Shown here: piece after piece, positions 27,376 to 36,460 of the stretch
Layout of the letters: each line of letters starts with the position of its first letter
Position numbering within the stretch: the stretch's first letter is position 1
NCBI GenBank assembly: GCA_947573965.1
Contig: CANPHV010000003.1
Span: forward strand, 1 to 37,742
Length of the DNA: 37,742 bases
Reading direction: 5' to 3'
DNA from: an uncultured Clostridium sp.
GTDB lineage: Bacteria; Bacillota; Clostridia; TANB77; CAG-508
Translations under genes and position numbers: made by a program
The notes under the pieces: generated by a model
The model's database searches: none
Seen by the model: only the letters and a program-made list of their open reading frames with translations
Told to the model about the DNA's origin: nothing

Positions 27376-27754
27376 ATATATTTCTATAATCTTTTATTTT
27401 CTTATAAGCATATACAGCTGATATACCAAATACAACTACTAACATAGCTACTGGGATAGAATCACTAATACCTGTTTTTGGTAAGTTTGTGTTATTGTAA
27501 ATGCTAGAATTATTAGTATTGTTAGATTTGTTGCTATTATTAGTGTTAGTATTACTGTTTTTAGTGTTTGTATTAGCATTGTTAGTATTAGAGTTACTAG
27601 CATTTGAATTTGAATTATTAGAACTTGAGTTATTTAATGTTAACTGTGTAAAGTTACCATCGTTATCTGCTGCTAATACACTAGTATTAAACATCATCAC
27701 CATTGCACTAATAGCTAAAATTGAAAATAGTTTGATTAAATTTGATTTTTTCAT
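27374..27754 (-). CDS. Small cell-wall-anchored LPKTG protein with an Asn/Ser/Thr low-complexity body
   Basis: Signal peptide (..VLA|A), N/S/T-rich region, LPKTG + TM + KKIK tail; AAGGAG RBS; convergent with sortase. Confidence 0.88.
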   Translation of the reverse strand: MKKSNLIKLFSILAISAMVMMFNTSVLAADNDGNFTQLTLNNSSSNNSNSNASNSNTNNANTNTKNSNTNTNNSNKSNNTNNSSIYNNTNLPKTGISDSIPVAMLVVVFGISAVYAYKKIKDYRNI

Positions 27755-27973
27755 CTCTGACTCTCCTTTTCTTTTTATACATTTTTTATTAGTATTCTAC
27801 AATTGTCAATAATTATACCATTTTTTTTAATATAATTCAAGTGACTTTTACAAAAAACGTATAAATACTAATTTCTTTCGTTTACAATTATTATTTTATA
27901 CTTAAAAATTTAATAAGTCAATACCTTTTTCCATTTTTTAATTTACATTTGCGTTACAGAAATGTTACATTTT

Positions 27974-29065
27974 TTACACATTAAATTTAAATAAGACAAT
28001 ATCGCCATCTTGCATGATATATTCTTTTCCTTCAGAACGAACTAGTCCCTTTTCTTTAGCAGCTACCATAGAACCTGCCCCCATTAAGTCTGAATAGGAA
28101 ACTACGTCTGCCTTAATAAATCCTCTTTCAATATCAGAATGGATTTTTCCAGCAGCTTGTGGCGCTTTCGTTCCTTTTTTAATTGTCCAAGCTCTTACTT
28201 CTGGTTCTCCTGCTGTTAAGAATGACATTAATCCTAATAAATCGTAACTTTTTTTAATCACTTTATCTAATCCAGACTCTTCTAAGCCAAGCGCTTCTAA
28301 CATTTCTTTTTTGTCTTCTTCTTCTAAACCAGACAATTCTTCTTCAATTTTAACACATAAAGGAATTACTTCTGCTTTTTCTTTTGCTGCATATTCCTTT
28401 ACTTTTTTTACATAGGTATCTTTTTCACTATCTTCTAGTTGCTCTTCTGAAACATTAGCAATATATAGAATTGGTTTCGTTGTTAGCAAAAACATCTCCT
28501 TTACCATTTCTTGTTCTTCTTCACTAAAGTCAATTGCTCTTGCAGAAATTCCATTTTCCAAATTTTCTTTTATTTTTTCTAACAAATTAATTTCTTGTTG
28601 ATATTTTTTATCTGCTTTCAAATTCTTTCTAGCCTTATCTAATCTCTTGTTAACTGTCTCGATATCAGCAAAAATCAATTCCAAATTAATCGTTTCAATA
28701 TCTCGAATTGGGTCAACACTTCCATCTACGTGTACTACGTTAGAGTCTTCAAAGCATCTTACCACTTCGCAAATACTATCAGTTTCACGAATATGTGACA
28801 AGAACTTATTCCCCAATCCTTCACCTTTACTTGCTCCTTTTACTAGTCCTGCAATATCTACAAATTCAATGACTGCGTGAGTCGTTTTTTGTGGACTATA
28901 CATTTTGGTCAATTCTTCTAACCTTTCATCTGGTACCCCAACGACACCAACATTAGGCTCTATTGTACAAAATGGATAGTTAGCACATTCTGCCCCCGCT
29001 TTTGTAATACTATTAAACATTGTACTTTTCCCTACATTTGGTAAACCTACAATTCCTATTTTCAT
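27974..29065 (-). CDS. ychF: Ribosome-binding ATPase YchF
   Basis: GIVGLPNVGKST, ANYPFCTIEPN, DIAGLVKGASKGEGLGNKFL, EGKEYIMQDGD. Confidence 0.98.
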   Translation of the reverse strand: MKIGIVGLPNVGKSTMFNSITKAGAECANYPFCTIEPNVGVVGVPDERLEELTKMYSPQKTTHAVIEFVDIAGLVKGASKGEGLGNKFLSHIRETDSICEVVRCFEDSNVVHVDGSVDPIRDIETINLELIFADIETVNKRLDKARKNLKADKKYQQEINLLEKIKENLENGISARAIDFSEEEQEMVKEMFLLTTKPILYIANVSEEQLEDSEKDTYVKKVKEYAAKEKAEVIPLCVKIEEELSGLEEEDKKEMLEALGLEESGLDKVIKKSYDLLGLMSFLTAGEPEVRAWTIKKGTKAPQAAGKIHSDIERGFIKADVVSYSDLMGAGSMVAAKEKGLVRSEGKEYIMQDGDIVLFKFNV

Positions 29066-29095
29066 TTTTATCTATCTCCTTCTTCTTTTTTGGGA

Positions 29096-29124
29096 CTTTC
29101 TGGGACAGTCCCAAAAGTGGACAT
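29096..29124 (-). repeat. GGGAC/GTCCC palindromic repeat, copy 2, in the ychF leader
   Basis: Reverse complement reads ATGTCCACTTTTGGGACTGTCCCAGAAAG. Confidence 0.85.
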
Positions 29125-29254
29125 TTTTTCTTTGTTATTTTATCATTTTACCTTAAATAAGTCAAACTTGATTTTTATGTAAATTTATGGTATAATGCAA
29201 GTTAGATACTTGTAACTATAATAACACATCCCTAAATAGGAAAGGAGAAACATC

Positions 29255-29560
29255 ATGAATAAACATTTAAAAGATTATGTTGTACGGCAACTTGACGAAG
29301 AAGTTGCCTTAGTGGATGGAAAACAAGCAAAATTATATATCGTTCTCAAAAAGGGAATGTATATAGGAACAGTAAAAGTCGATCTTCTATCTCGGGGGCA
29401 TGAGTTTAGACTTATCGATTTTCCAGGAGTGGATGACGAATTGATAAGAGAAGACGACGGCTATTACTACGAAACCTCCCTTGCCGTCGAAGCTGTTGCA
29501 CAATATGTGCTAGAACCAATTGAAAGACAGCACAAAGCAACACTCCATCTGTATTATTAA
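29255..29560 (+). CDS. Hypothetical protein, 101 aa, monocistronic
   Basis: TTGATT-N17-TATAAT promoter, AAAGGAG RBS and terminator 29566-29602; more GC-rich codons than its neighbours. Confidence 0.7.
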   Translation: MNKHLKDYVVRQLDEEVALVDGKQAKLYIVLKKGMYIGTVKVDLLSRGHEFRLIDFPGVDDELIREDDGYYYETSLAVEAVAQYVLEPIERQHKATLHLYY

Positions 29561-29565
29561 TTTCT

Positions 29566-29602
29566 AACAGCACATCTCTCTATAATGGAAAGATGTGCTG
29601 TT
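29566..29602. terminator. Hairpin between the convergent hypothetical gene and thrS
   Basis: AACAGCACATCT...AGATGTGCTGTT perfect 12-bp stem. Confidence 0.8.
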
Positions 29603-29607
29603 TATCT

Positions 29608-31536
29608 CTATTTTGTTTTATTCCAAATTTCTTTTACTAGTTTTTCTGCAAATTCATTTGCATCCATTGTTCCAATATCGCCTTCTTCTCTCGAACGAAT
29701 GGCTACGCTATTGGCTTCTACTTCTTTTTCTCCAAGAACTAACATATATGGCACTTTTTCTAATTGTGCTTCTCTGATTTTATATCCAACTTTTTCATTT
29801 CTGTCGTCTAATACGACACGAATTCCTTTGGATACCAATTGTTCTTTTACTTGTTTTGCATATTCATGTTGCTTATCTGTAATTGGTAAGATTTTTACTT
29901 GTGTTGGAGCAAGCCATGCTGGGAAGGCTCCTTTGTATTCTTCGATTAAGAAAGATAAAAATCTATCAAAGGTTCCTAAGATGGCTCTATGGATAACAAC
30001 TGGTCGATGAGCTTGACCGTCTTCTCCAATGTATTCTAATTCAAATCTTTGTGGTAATAAGAAGTCTAGTTGACAAGTTGAAATGGTTACATCATGTCCA
30101 ATGGCTGTTTTGATTTGAACATCTAGTTTTGGTCCATAAAATGCTGCTTCTCCTTCTGCTTCGTAATATTGAATTCCTAATTCTGTTAAGATTTCTCTTA
30201 ATTGACTTTCTGCGTTATCCCACATTTCGTCATCATCAAAGTATTTTTCTTTGTCATTTTTATCTCTTAAAGATAGACGGAAAGTGTAATTGTCAAATCC
30301 AAAGTCTTCATAGACAGACAAGATTAATTTTACTACTTCACCAAATACAGCTTTAATTTGTTCTGGTGTTACGAAAATGTGTGCATCGTTTTGGCACATT
30401 TCACGAACTCTTTCTAACCCACATACACTACCACTTGATTCGTATCTAAAATCATGTGCTAATTCCCCAATTCGAATTGGTAAGTCACGATAAGAATGTA
30501 ACTTATTTTTATAGATTAACATATGGTGTGGGCAGTTCATTGGTCTTAATACTAATTCCTCGTTTTCCATTTTCATGACTGGGAACATATCATCTTTGTA
30601 GTGGTCCCAATGTCCACTTGTTTTGTATAAGTCAACATTAGCAAGTGATGGTGTGTACACGTGTTTATAGTCTAAGGCTGTTTCTTTATCTGCAATATAT
30701 CTTTCTAAAATTCGTCTGATGGTTGCCCCATTTGGTAAATACATTGGAAGTCCAGAGCCTACTAGTTCATGTGTCATAAATAGTTCTTGCTCTTTTCCTA
30801 TTTTTCTGTGGTCTCTTTGTCTGGCTTCTTCTAATAAATCCAAATGTTCTTGTAACATACTTGCTTTTGGGAAAGAAATGGCGTAAATTCTTTGTAGCAT
30901 TTTATTTTTTTCGCTACCTCTCCAATAGGCTCCTGAAGAAGATAAGATTTTTACAGTTTTAACTTTTCCTGTGCTTTCTAAGTGAGGTCCTGCACATAAA
31001 TCTGTAAAATCTCCTTGCTTGTAAAAACTGATTTCTTCTCCTTCTGGTAAATCTTCAATTAATTCTACTTTATAAGGTTCTTCTTTCATTAATTCGATTG
31101 CTTCTTTTCTTGGTAAAGAAAATCTCTCAATGGCAATATCTTCTTTAATAATTTTATTCATTTCTTCTTCAATTTTAGCTTTATCTTCATCCGTAAATGG
31201 TTTTTCTACGTCAAAATCATAGTAAAAACCTTCGTCAATCGCTGGTCCAATTGCAATTTTAGCGTCAGGAAATAATCTCTTTACAGCTTGTGCCATAATA
31301 TGTGAAGTAGTATGCCAATATGCTTTTTTCCCTTCGGCATCTTCATTTTGGAAAGTATGAATTACTAAATTACAATCTTGTTGTAATTCATAGCGTAAAT
31401 CTTTTACTTCTCCATCTACTTCTCCACAAGTAGCATTTCTGGCTAATCCTTCACTAATTTTTTTAGCTACGTCCAAAATTGAACTTCCTTCCTGTATTTC
31501 TAAAATGGCTCCATCTTTTAATGAAACTTTAATCAT
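29608..31536 (-). CDS. thrS: Threonine--tRNA ligase
   Basis: TGS domain, HTTSH editing motif, DLCAGPH, RDHRKIG, PMNCPHH, EGEAAFYGPKLD, IHRA. True start is ATG 31536 behind AAGGAGG; the track's extension runs into the T-box terminator. Confidence 0.98.
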   Translation of the reverse strand: MIKVSLKDGAILEIQEGSSILDVAKKISEGLARNATCGEVDGEVKDLRYELQQDCNLVIHTFQNEDAEGKKAYWHTTSHIMAQAVKRLFPDAKIAIGPAIDEGFYYDFDVEKPFTDEDKAKIEEEMNKIIKEDIAIERFSLPRKEAIELMKEEPYKVELIEDLPEGEEISFYKQGDFTDLCAGPHLESTGKVKTVKILSSSGAYWRGSEKNKMLQRIYAISFPKASMLQEHLDLLEEARQRDHRKIGKEQELFMTHELVGSGLPMYLPNGATIRRILERYIADKETALDYKHVYTPSLANVDLYKTSGHWDHYKDDMFPVMKMENEELVLRPMNCPHHMLIYKNKLHSYRDLPIRIGELAHDFRYESSGSVCGLERVREMCQNDAHIFVTPEQIKAVFGEVVKLILSVYEDFGFDNYTFRLSLRDKNDKEKYFDDDEMWDNAESQLREILTELGIQYYEAEGEAAFYGPKLDVQIKTAIGHDVTISTCQLDFLLPQRFELEYIGEDGQAHRPVVIHRAILGTFDRFLSFLIEEYKGAFPAWLAPTQVKILPITDKQHEYAKQVKEQLVSKGIRVVLDDRNEKVGYKIREAQLEKVPYMLVLGEKEVEANSVAIRSREEGDIGTMDANEFAEKLVKEIWNKTK

Positions 31537-31570
31537 AAAAATTCCTCCTTTTTTCCAATTGAGAGGTATT

Positions 31571-31846
31571 AAAAAAAGCACTCCCAAACGGATAATAATT
31601 CTATCCATAGGAGTGCAATATTACACGGTTCCATCCTATTTTTCACTTAATTGTAAGAAGATAACGGTTCTTGTCCGCCTAGCTTGTTCACTAGGAACTT
31701 TGAAGAGGTAGTTTTTGGGATATGTTTTCTTAAACTGGCTTACAGCCTATGGCCAATTCTCTCTGTAAGTAACCTTTATCTTACTTTTCTCTTACTCGTT
31801 TTTTACCTAACAATATAATTTTAATGTATTTTTTAAAAAAAGTCAA
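31571..31846 (-). ncRNA. T-box riboswitch leader of thrS, with sigma-A promoter
   Basis: TTGACT-N17-TAAAAT; AGTA, AGAGA and GCTG stem I boxes; probable specifier ACT (31712-31710); T-box AGGATGGAACCGTG (31637-31624); terminator GCACTCC...GGAGTGC-T7. Confidence 0.9.
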
Positions 31847-31902
31847 TAGAAATTGTTTACTTTTTTGAAATCTTGTTGTATAATAAAAAGTAGCTAAAAG
31901 AT

Positions 31903-31952
31903 GTGTCCCCGATTGCACAAAAATGTGCAAAAGGAAACGTCCCCATTGCGCA
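31903..31952. repeat. GTCCCC-containing palindromic/tandem units in the tRNA leader
   Basis: GTGTCCCCGATTGCACA and ACGTCCCCATTGCGCA units, with TTGCACA/TGTGCAA inverted arms. Confidence 0.55.
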
Positions 31953-31953
31953 T

Positions 31954-32029
31954 GCTTCCATAGCTCAGTCGGTAGAGTGCTACCTTGGTAAGGTAGAGGT
32001 CACGGGTTCAATTCCCGTTGGAAGCCCCA
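31954..32029 (+). tRNA. tRNA-Thr(GGT), CCA encoded
   Basis: Acceptor stem GCTTCCA/TGGAAGC, anticodon arm CTACC-TTGGTAA-GGTAG, T-arm ACGGG-TTCAATT-CCCGT; 76 nt. Confidence 0.97.
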
Positions 32030-32033
32030 TAAT

Positions 32034-32081
32034 TACAAATAAAAGTTGCTAGATTTTAATTTCTAGCAACTTTTATTTGTA
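32034..32081. terminator. Bidirectional terminator between tRNA-Thr and sigH
   Basis: Perfect 20-bp stem TACAAATAAAAGTTGCTAGA/TCTAGCAACTTTTATTTGTA. Confidence 0.85.
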
Positions 32082-32105
32082 TCTAATTTTAATATTTACT
32101 TAATT

Positions 32106-32762
32106 TTATATTTCGTCGTTTTCGTTGAACATATTTTTTATCGCTTTTTTACGAATTCTTTGTATAGCATTGTCAACCGATTTTACAGGAGAATCTAACT
32201 TTTGAGCAATGGTTATGTAGCTTTCTCCCTTTACAAATCTGTCCAATACTTGTTTTTCGAATTTGCTTAGTGCTTTATTGACAGCGTTTTCGACTTCTTG
32301 ATAATATTCTTTTTTCATAACGGTTTCTAATGGGTCTTCTACGGTTTTACTATTGAAAGTATCGATTAATTCTACACTATCTTCTTCGTTGTTATCATAA
32401 GCTGCTGTATTTAAAGACAAATAGGAATTAAGTGGCATATGCTTTTGTCGATTTGAACTTTTTATGGCTGTGATTAACTGTCTTTCAATACAAATGTTAG
32501 CAAAAGATTTAAAGGTGTTTTGCTTTTCTTCGTTAAAGTTTTTAATTGCCTTAAATAAGCCTATCATTCCTTCTTGTATGATGTCTTCTTTTTCTGCTCC
32601 TATGATAAAATACTTTCCTACTTTTACATTGACTAGATTTTTGTATTTTTCTAGCAAATAGGATAAAGCCTTTTCGTCTCCTTCTTTGATTAGAGATACT
32701 ATTTGTTCATCTGTATGGTTATTGTATTGATTGGTTGTATAATATACGTTTTCATTTTGCAT
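32106..32762 (-). CDS. sigH: RNA polymerase sporulation sigma factor SigH
   Basis: YFIIGAEKEDIIQEGMIGL, RQKHMPLNSYLSL, KSVDNAIQR. Confidence 0.96.
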   Translation of the reverse strand: MQNENVYYTTNQYNNHTDEQIVSLIKEGDEKALSYLLEKYKNLVNVKVGKYFIIGAEKEDIIQEGMIGLFKAIKNFNEEKQNTFKSFANICIERQLITAIKSSNRQKHMPLNSYLSLNTAAYDNNEEDSVELIDTFNSKTVEDPLETVMKKEYYQEVENAVNKALSKFEKQVLDRFVKGESYITIAQKLDSPVKSVDNAIQRIRKKAIKNMFNENDEI

Positions 32763-32846
32763 AAGTGTTTTTTAATACCTCCAAATTGTGCTTTTTTACC
32801 ATTATATACGTCATTTTTCGCCTTGTCAAGCAGTTTTTTCAAAAAA

Positions 32847-34580
32847 TTATAATCCCAATTCATCTTTTAATAAATCCCATATATTGTCTGTTTCCATTCC
32901 TTTTTGCCAAGAACCAACACCTGCTAATTTGTTTTCGTTAATTAAGGAAATTTTTGCCTTTAAAGAGTCTTGGTCTTCTATCCAAATTTGCTTTTTATTT
33001 CCGTTTTCTGTATATTCCACATAATGTTGTTTCAAATCATCATCCCATTGCTTTTCTATCCCTTCTGGTATTACTTTATCCATATTTCTCATAGCAACGG
33101 TTTTACTGCTGGATTTTCCTTCTCCATCTGTTGTCCAAACTCTTGTATAGAAAGGAACTGCTAAAATTATTTTTTCGGCATCAATTTCTTCTGTTTGTAA
33201 AAACTTATTCAAACTTAATTTCACCCAATCATATCCTGCTGTTGTTCCTGGTTTATTGCTAGACACCCCGTATTGGTCATAGGCCATAAAGATTATATAA
33301 TCTGCTACGTCTCCTATTACGTGTCTGTCAAAACACATAGACCATGTTTCTGAACCATCTGGTGCTGTAACGTCTACTGAAGTTACCATTCCAATTTCTT
33401 TTAGTCTTGGTGTTAATTCAATAATAAAGCGAGAATACATATCTTTATCTTCCTGTTTCATATTCTCAAAGTCTACATTAACACCATCTAATTTATATTT
33501 AACACAAGCATTTACAAGTTGTTCAATTAACTCTTGTCTTTTTTCGTAACTGTTTACAATTTCTGAAGTAATGGATAAACTTTTGGTGGCTGCTTCTGCA
33601 TTGGAAAACATTGGCCATACTTTATAACCATTTGCATGTGCCCATTCAATATAGGCTTGTCCTTTACTTCCTATGTTTTCTTTAAAGTTTCCTTTTTCAT
33701 CTAAATAGAAGAAAGCTGGTGATACCACATTAACCCCATCGATGGTAGTTCCGTTTTTATCTGGAGCAGAGGCATATTTAGAAAAATATTCCCATGTTAA
33801 ATTGATTTTTCCTTCTATTTGTTTTTCTTCTTCCATTGCTTCACGAACTGTATATTCATTTTCTAATTTGTCTGCCTTTACATAGCCTAGTTTTCCCTTT
33901 TCTGTTCTAATTCTTGCATATCCTTTATCAGAAGAAATAACGATAACGCTTTCTCCTTTTTTTACTCTGTCAACGGTTTTAGCAATGAAATTCATAGAAG
34001 ATTTTACTGGTAAATCACTAGAAACAATTGCTCTTTTTTGTTCTTTATCTAAAGAATCCATTGTTACTACTTTACTTTCTTCTATATTTTGAATTTCGAT
34101 ATCATAAACGTCTTTCATTTCTGATATTGGTAAATATTCTATCTCGTCTTTTTTTATGGCATGTCCATAAATATTTTTTTCGGAACCATTTATGGTAATT
34201 ACATTTTCTTCAAACCCAATGGTTGCAATCTTTTTATCATAAGTAGTTATGATTTGATTTGTCTTTTCATCTTTTTCAATGTATTTATCAAAAAAGTTTG
34301 CTATATCTGCTTTGGAAAGATAAATCATATTATCTTCTATCAAAACGTCATTTTTCAAATTAGCTGTGATATTTTTGTTATTGATGACTAAATTTGTTTT
34401 TTTGTTTTTATCTAATATGATAAAATCATTGGCAATTAGTAGCACAAATCCTAATATCATAAGGGTTACTATAGTAAAAAAGGTTCTTATGATTATCTTT
34501 TTCTTTTTTTCTACCTCTCCTTTTGCCATTCTTTTTGGTTGTTTTTTTTCTTTTTTTACTTCTTCTTCCATTTTTCTCAT
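32847..34580 (-). CDS. Membrane-anchored GH18 hydrolase with N-terminal copper-amine-oxidase-like and SH3-like domains
   Basis: TM helix, YLPISEM segment, GKLGYVK (SH3b-like), DGVNVDFEN (DxxxDxE), MAYD, PFY; start uncertain. Confidence 0.85.
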   Translation of the reverse strand: MRKMEEEVKKEKKQPKRMAKGEVEKKKKIIIRTFFTIVTLMILGFVLLIANDFIILDKNKKTNLVINNKNITANLKNDVLIEDNMIYLSKADIANFFDKYIEKDEKTNQIITTYDKKIATIGFEENVITINGSEKNIYGHAIKKDEIEYLPISEMKDVYDIEIQNIEESKVVTMDSLDKEQKRAIVSSDLPVKSSMNFIAKTVDRVKKGESVIVISSDKGYARIRTEKGKLGYVKADKLENEYTVREAMEEEKQIEGKINLTWEYFSKYASAPDKNGTTIDGVNVVSPAFFYLDEKGNFKENIGSKGQAYIEWAHANGYKVWPMFSNAEAATKSLSITSEIVNSYEKRQELIEQLVNACVKYKLDGVNVDFENMKQEDKDMYSRFIIELTPRLKEIGMVTSVDVTAPDGSETWSMCFDRHVIGDVADYIIFMAYDQYGVSSNKPGTTAGYDWVKLSLNKFLQTEEIDAEKIILAVPFYTRVWTTDGEGKSSSKTVAMRNMDKVIPEGIEKQWDDDLKQHYVEYTENGNKKQIWIEDQDSLKAKISLINENKLAGVGSWQKGMETDNIWDLLKDELGL

Positions 34581-34645
34581 TCCTTTCTTCGCTTACTATA
34601 TCACAAAAGTCTCTTTTCGGAAACCAATTTCATAAAATTTTAACA

Positions 34646-35329
34646 TTATTTTTTCATTTTTCGAAGTTCTTGTTTTTGTTCTTCTGTTATTCGATACGAT
34701 TCGATAGCTTTTTGTAATGCCTTATTATAGGTGAATTTGTCTAAGTTAGCCGTTTTCAAGTACACTATTGTTTCCTCATAAAATTTAATCAAGCAGATGG
34801 AAATGCCCCAAGCAATAGCCATTTGTACATAATAGGCTTGGCTTGAAATACGGTCCCATATCTTAAATATTTCTTTTAAATATGCTTCTTCTATATAAAA
34901 ATCTAAAATCATTACCATGGCAAATCGGATTTCAAATTCTTTTTCGGATACAACATAATTTTGTAGAAAGTTCCACATTTCTTTTGGGTATTTTTTCGTG
35001 ATTTTTAGCCCTGCGCAAAAGACGTCACAAATAGCCCAGTTGTTAATTTTAGGTACAAAGTTTTCAATTTGCTTTTGTATGTTTGCGATTTCTTCTTTTT
35101 CTAGTCCTATTAACATGCCTTGTAACATGATTTCTTCATAATATTGGTCATCTATTTGAGGTAACAGTTCCTCTATTTTTTGTTGTTTTGCTAGTTCTTT
35201 GGCATAATTTCTTAAAACGGGAACTCGCACCCCTATGATATTTTCTGTACCTGGACATAGTCCTGAATGAAATTCTTTATAATTTTCGTCTGCTAATTCT
35301 AATAATTTTTGTTTAATTTCTTGCTTCAC
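34646..35329 (-). CDS. DNA alkylation repair protein (AlkD-like HEAT-repeat family)
   Basis: IGVRVPVLR, YYEE, NNWAICD, YYVQMAIAW, ESYRI. Confidence 0.85.
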   Translation of the reverse strand: MKQEIKQKLLELADENYKEFHSGLCPGTENIIGVRVPVLRNYAKELAKQQKIEELLPQIDDQYYEEIMLQGMLIGLEKEEIANIQKQIENFVPKINNWAICDVFCAGLKITKKYPKEMWNFLQNYVVSEKEFEIRFAMVMILDFYIEEAYLKEIFKIWDRISSQAYYVQMAIAWGISICLIKFYEETIVYLKTANLDKFTYNKALQKAIESYRITEEQKQELRKMKK

Positions 35330-35458
35330 TTTCTAGTCCCCTTTCTTATAAGTACAAGTTGCTTGTTTTTTCTTTTATATTGCCATTATAACAATATTCC
35401 TCAAAATTTGCAATCTGCTTCTAATCGTTGTATAATAGTAAATAGATTGGAGATTTTT

Positions 35459-36460
35459 ATGGAAATTTTAGATATCAAAAATGAAATGAATGAAAATAAA
35501 TTAAAAGAAATAGCAAAAGGTATCAAAAATGGTAAACTATGCCTATTCCCTACCGAAACAGTATATGGAATTGGTAGTAATGGTTTAGATGAAAAAGCCG
35601 TCGAAAAAATTTATGTAGCCAAAAAAAGAAGTAGAAAAAATCCGATTAATCTTCTAGTTAGTGATATTGAAATGATTGAAAAAATCGCACAGGATATTTC
35701 TCCTCTTGAATACAAATTAATGGAAGCTTTTTTTCCTGGCCCTTTTACCATCATTTTAAAGAAAAAAAGTATTGTTCCTTCTATTGTGACTGCTAACTCT
35801 GATTTTGTTGGTGTTCGTATGCCAAGTGGCAATATTGCTAGAAAATTAGTCCAACTGGCAGGTGTTCCTATTGCTGCTCCTAGTGCTAATATTTCAGGAG
35901 AACTAAGTGGAACAAATTTAAAAGATGTTATTGATGAATTTTCTACTTGTTTAGACTTTGCCATAGATGGTGGTGAAAGTACAATTGGCATGGAATCAAC
36001 CATTGTTAGAGTTATGGATGGCATCCCCCACATTTTAAGACCTGGTTCGATTACACCTGAACAAATCGAAATGGTGGCTGGTAATGTAGTACTAGAAGAG
36101 GCTAATTCTATTATTTTGCCAAGTTCTACGATGAATCACTATCAGTTAAATGCTTCTTGCTCTTTAGTATATGATGAAGATAATCACAAAATGGTAGAAA
36201 AAATGGTAGAAATTTCAAAAAAATATATAAATCCTGTTATTTTATGTTGCAAAGAAAATCTACCTTATTATTCTACCAAACAGACCATTGTTATTGCTTC
36301 TAAGGATGATTTAGAGGATTATTCGAAAAAGCTTTTTTCTTCTTTGCGAAAAGCTGATGCTTTTTCTCCTGATATGATTTTAATAGAAGGTGTTAAGAAA
36401 CAAGGTCTAGGTATTGCGATTATGGATCGCTTAGAAAATGTTTGTCAAATATTTGTATAA
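35459..36460 (+). CDS. sua5: L-threonylcarbamoyladenylate synthase, Sua5 type
   Basis: FPTETVYGIG, KKR...NP, FPGPFT, GVRMP, APSANISG, ESTI and SUA5 C-terminal GLGIAIMDRL. Start re-called at ATG 35459 behind GGAG. Confidence 0.9.
   Translation: MEILDIKNEMNENKLKEIAKGIKNGKLCLFPTETVYGIGSNGLDEKAVEKIYVAKKRSRKNPINLLVSDIEMIEKIAQDISPLEYKLMEAFFPGPFTIILKKKSIVPSIVTANSDFVGVRMPSGNIARKLVQLAGVPIAAPSANISGELSGTNLKDVIDEFSTCLDFAIDGGESTIGMESTIVRVMDGIPHILRPGSITPEQIEMVAGNVVLEEANSIILPSSTMNHYQLNASCSLVYDEDNHKMVEKMVEISKKYINPVILCCKENLPYYSTKQTIVIASKDDLEDYSKKLFSSLRKADAFSPDMILIEGVKKQGLGIAIMDRLENVCQIFV

Noticed and set aside
35309-35458. N-terminal extensions in the ORF track for sua5 (likewise thrS 31537-31608, PBP 10822-10881, yneA 13596-13655)
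   Set aside because: They cross promoters or terminators; better RBS-supported starts lie downstream.
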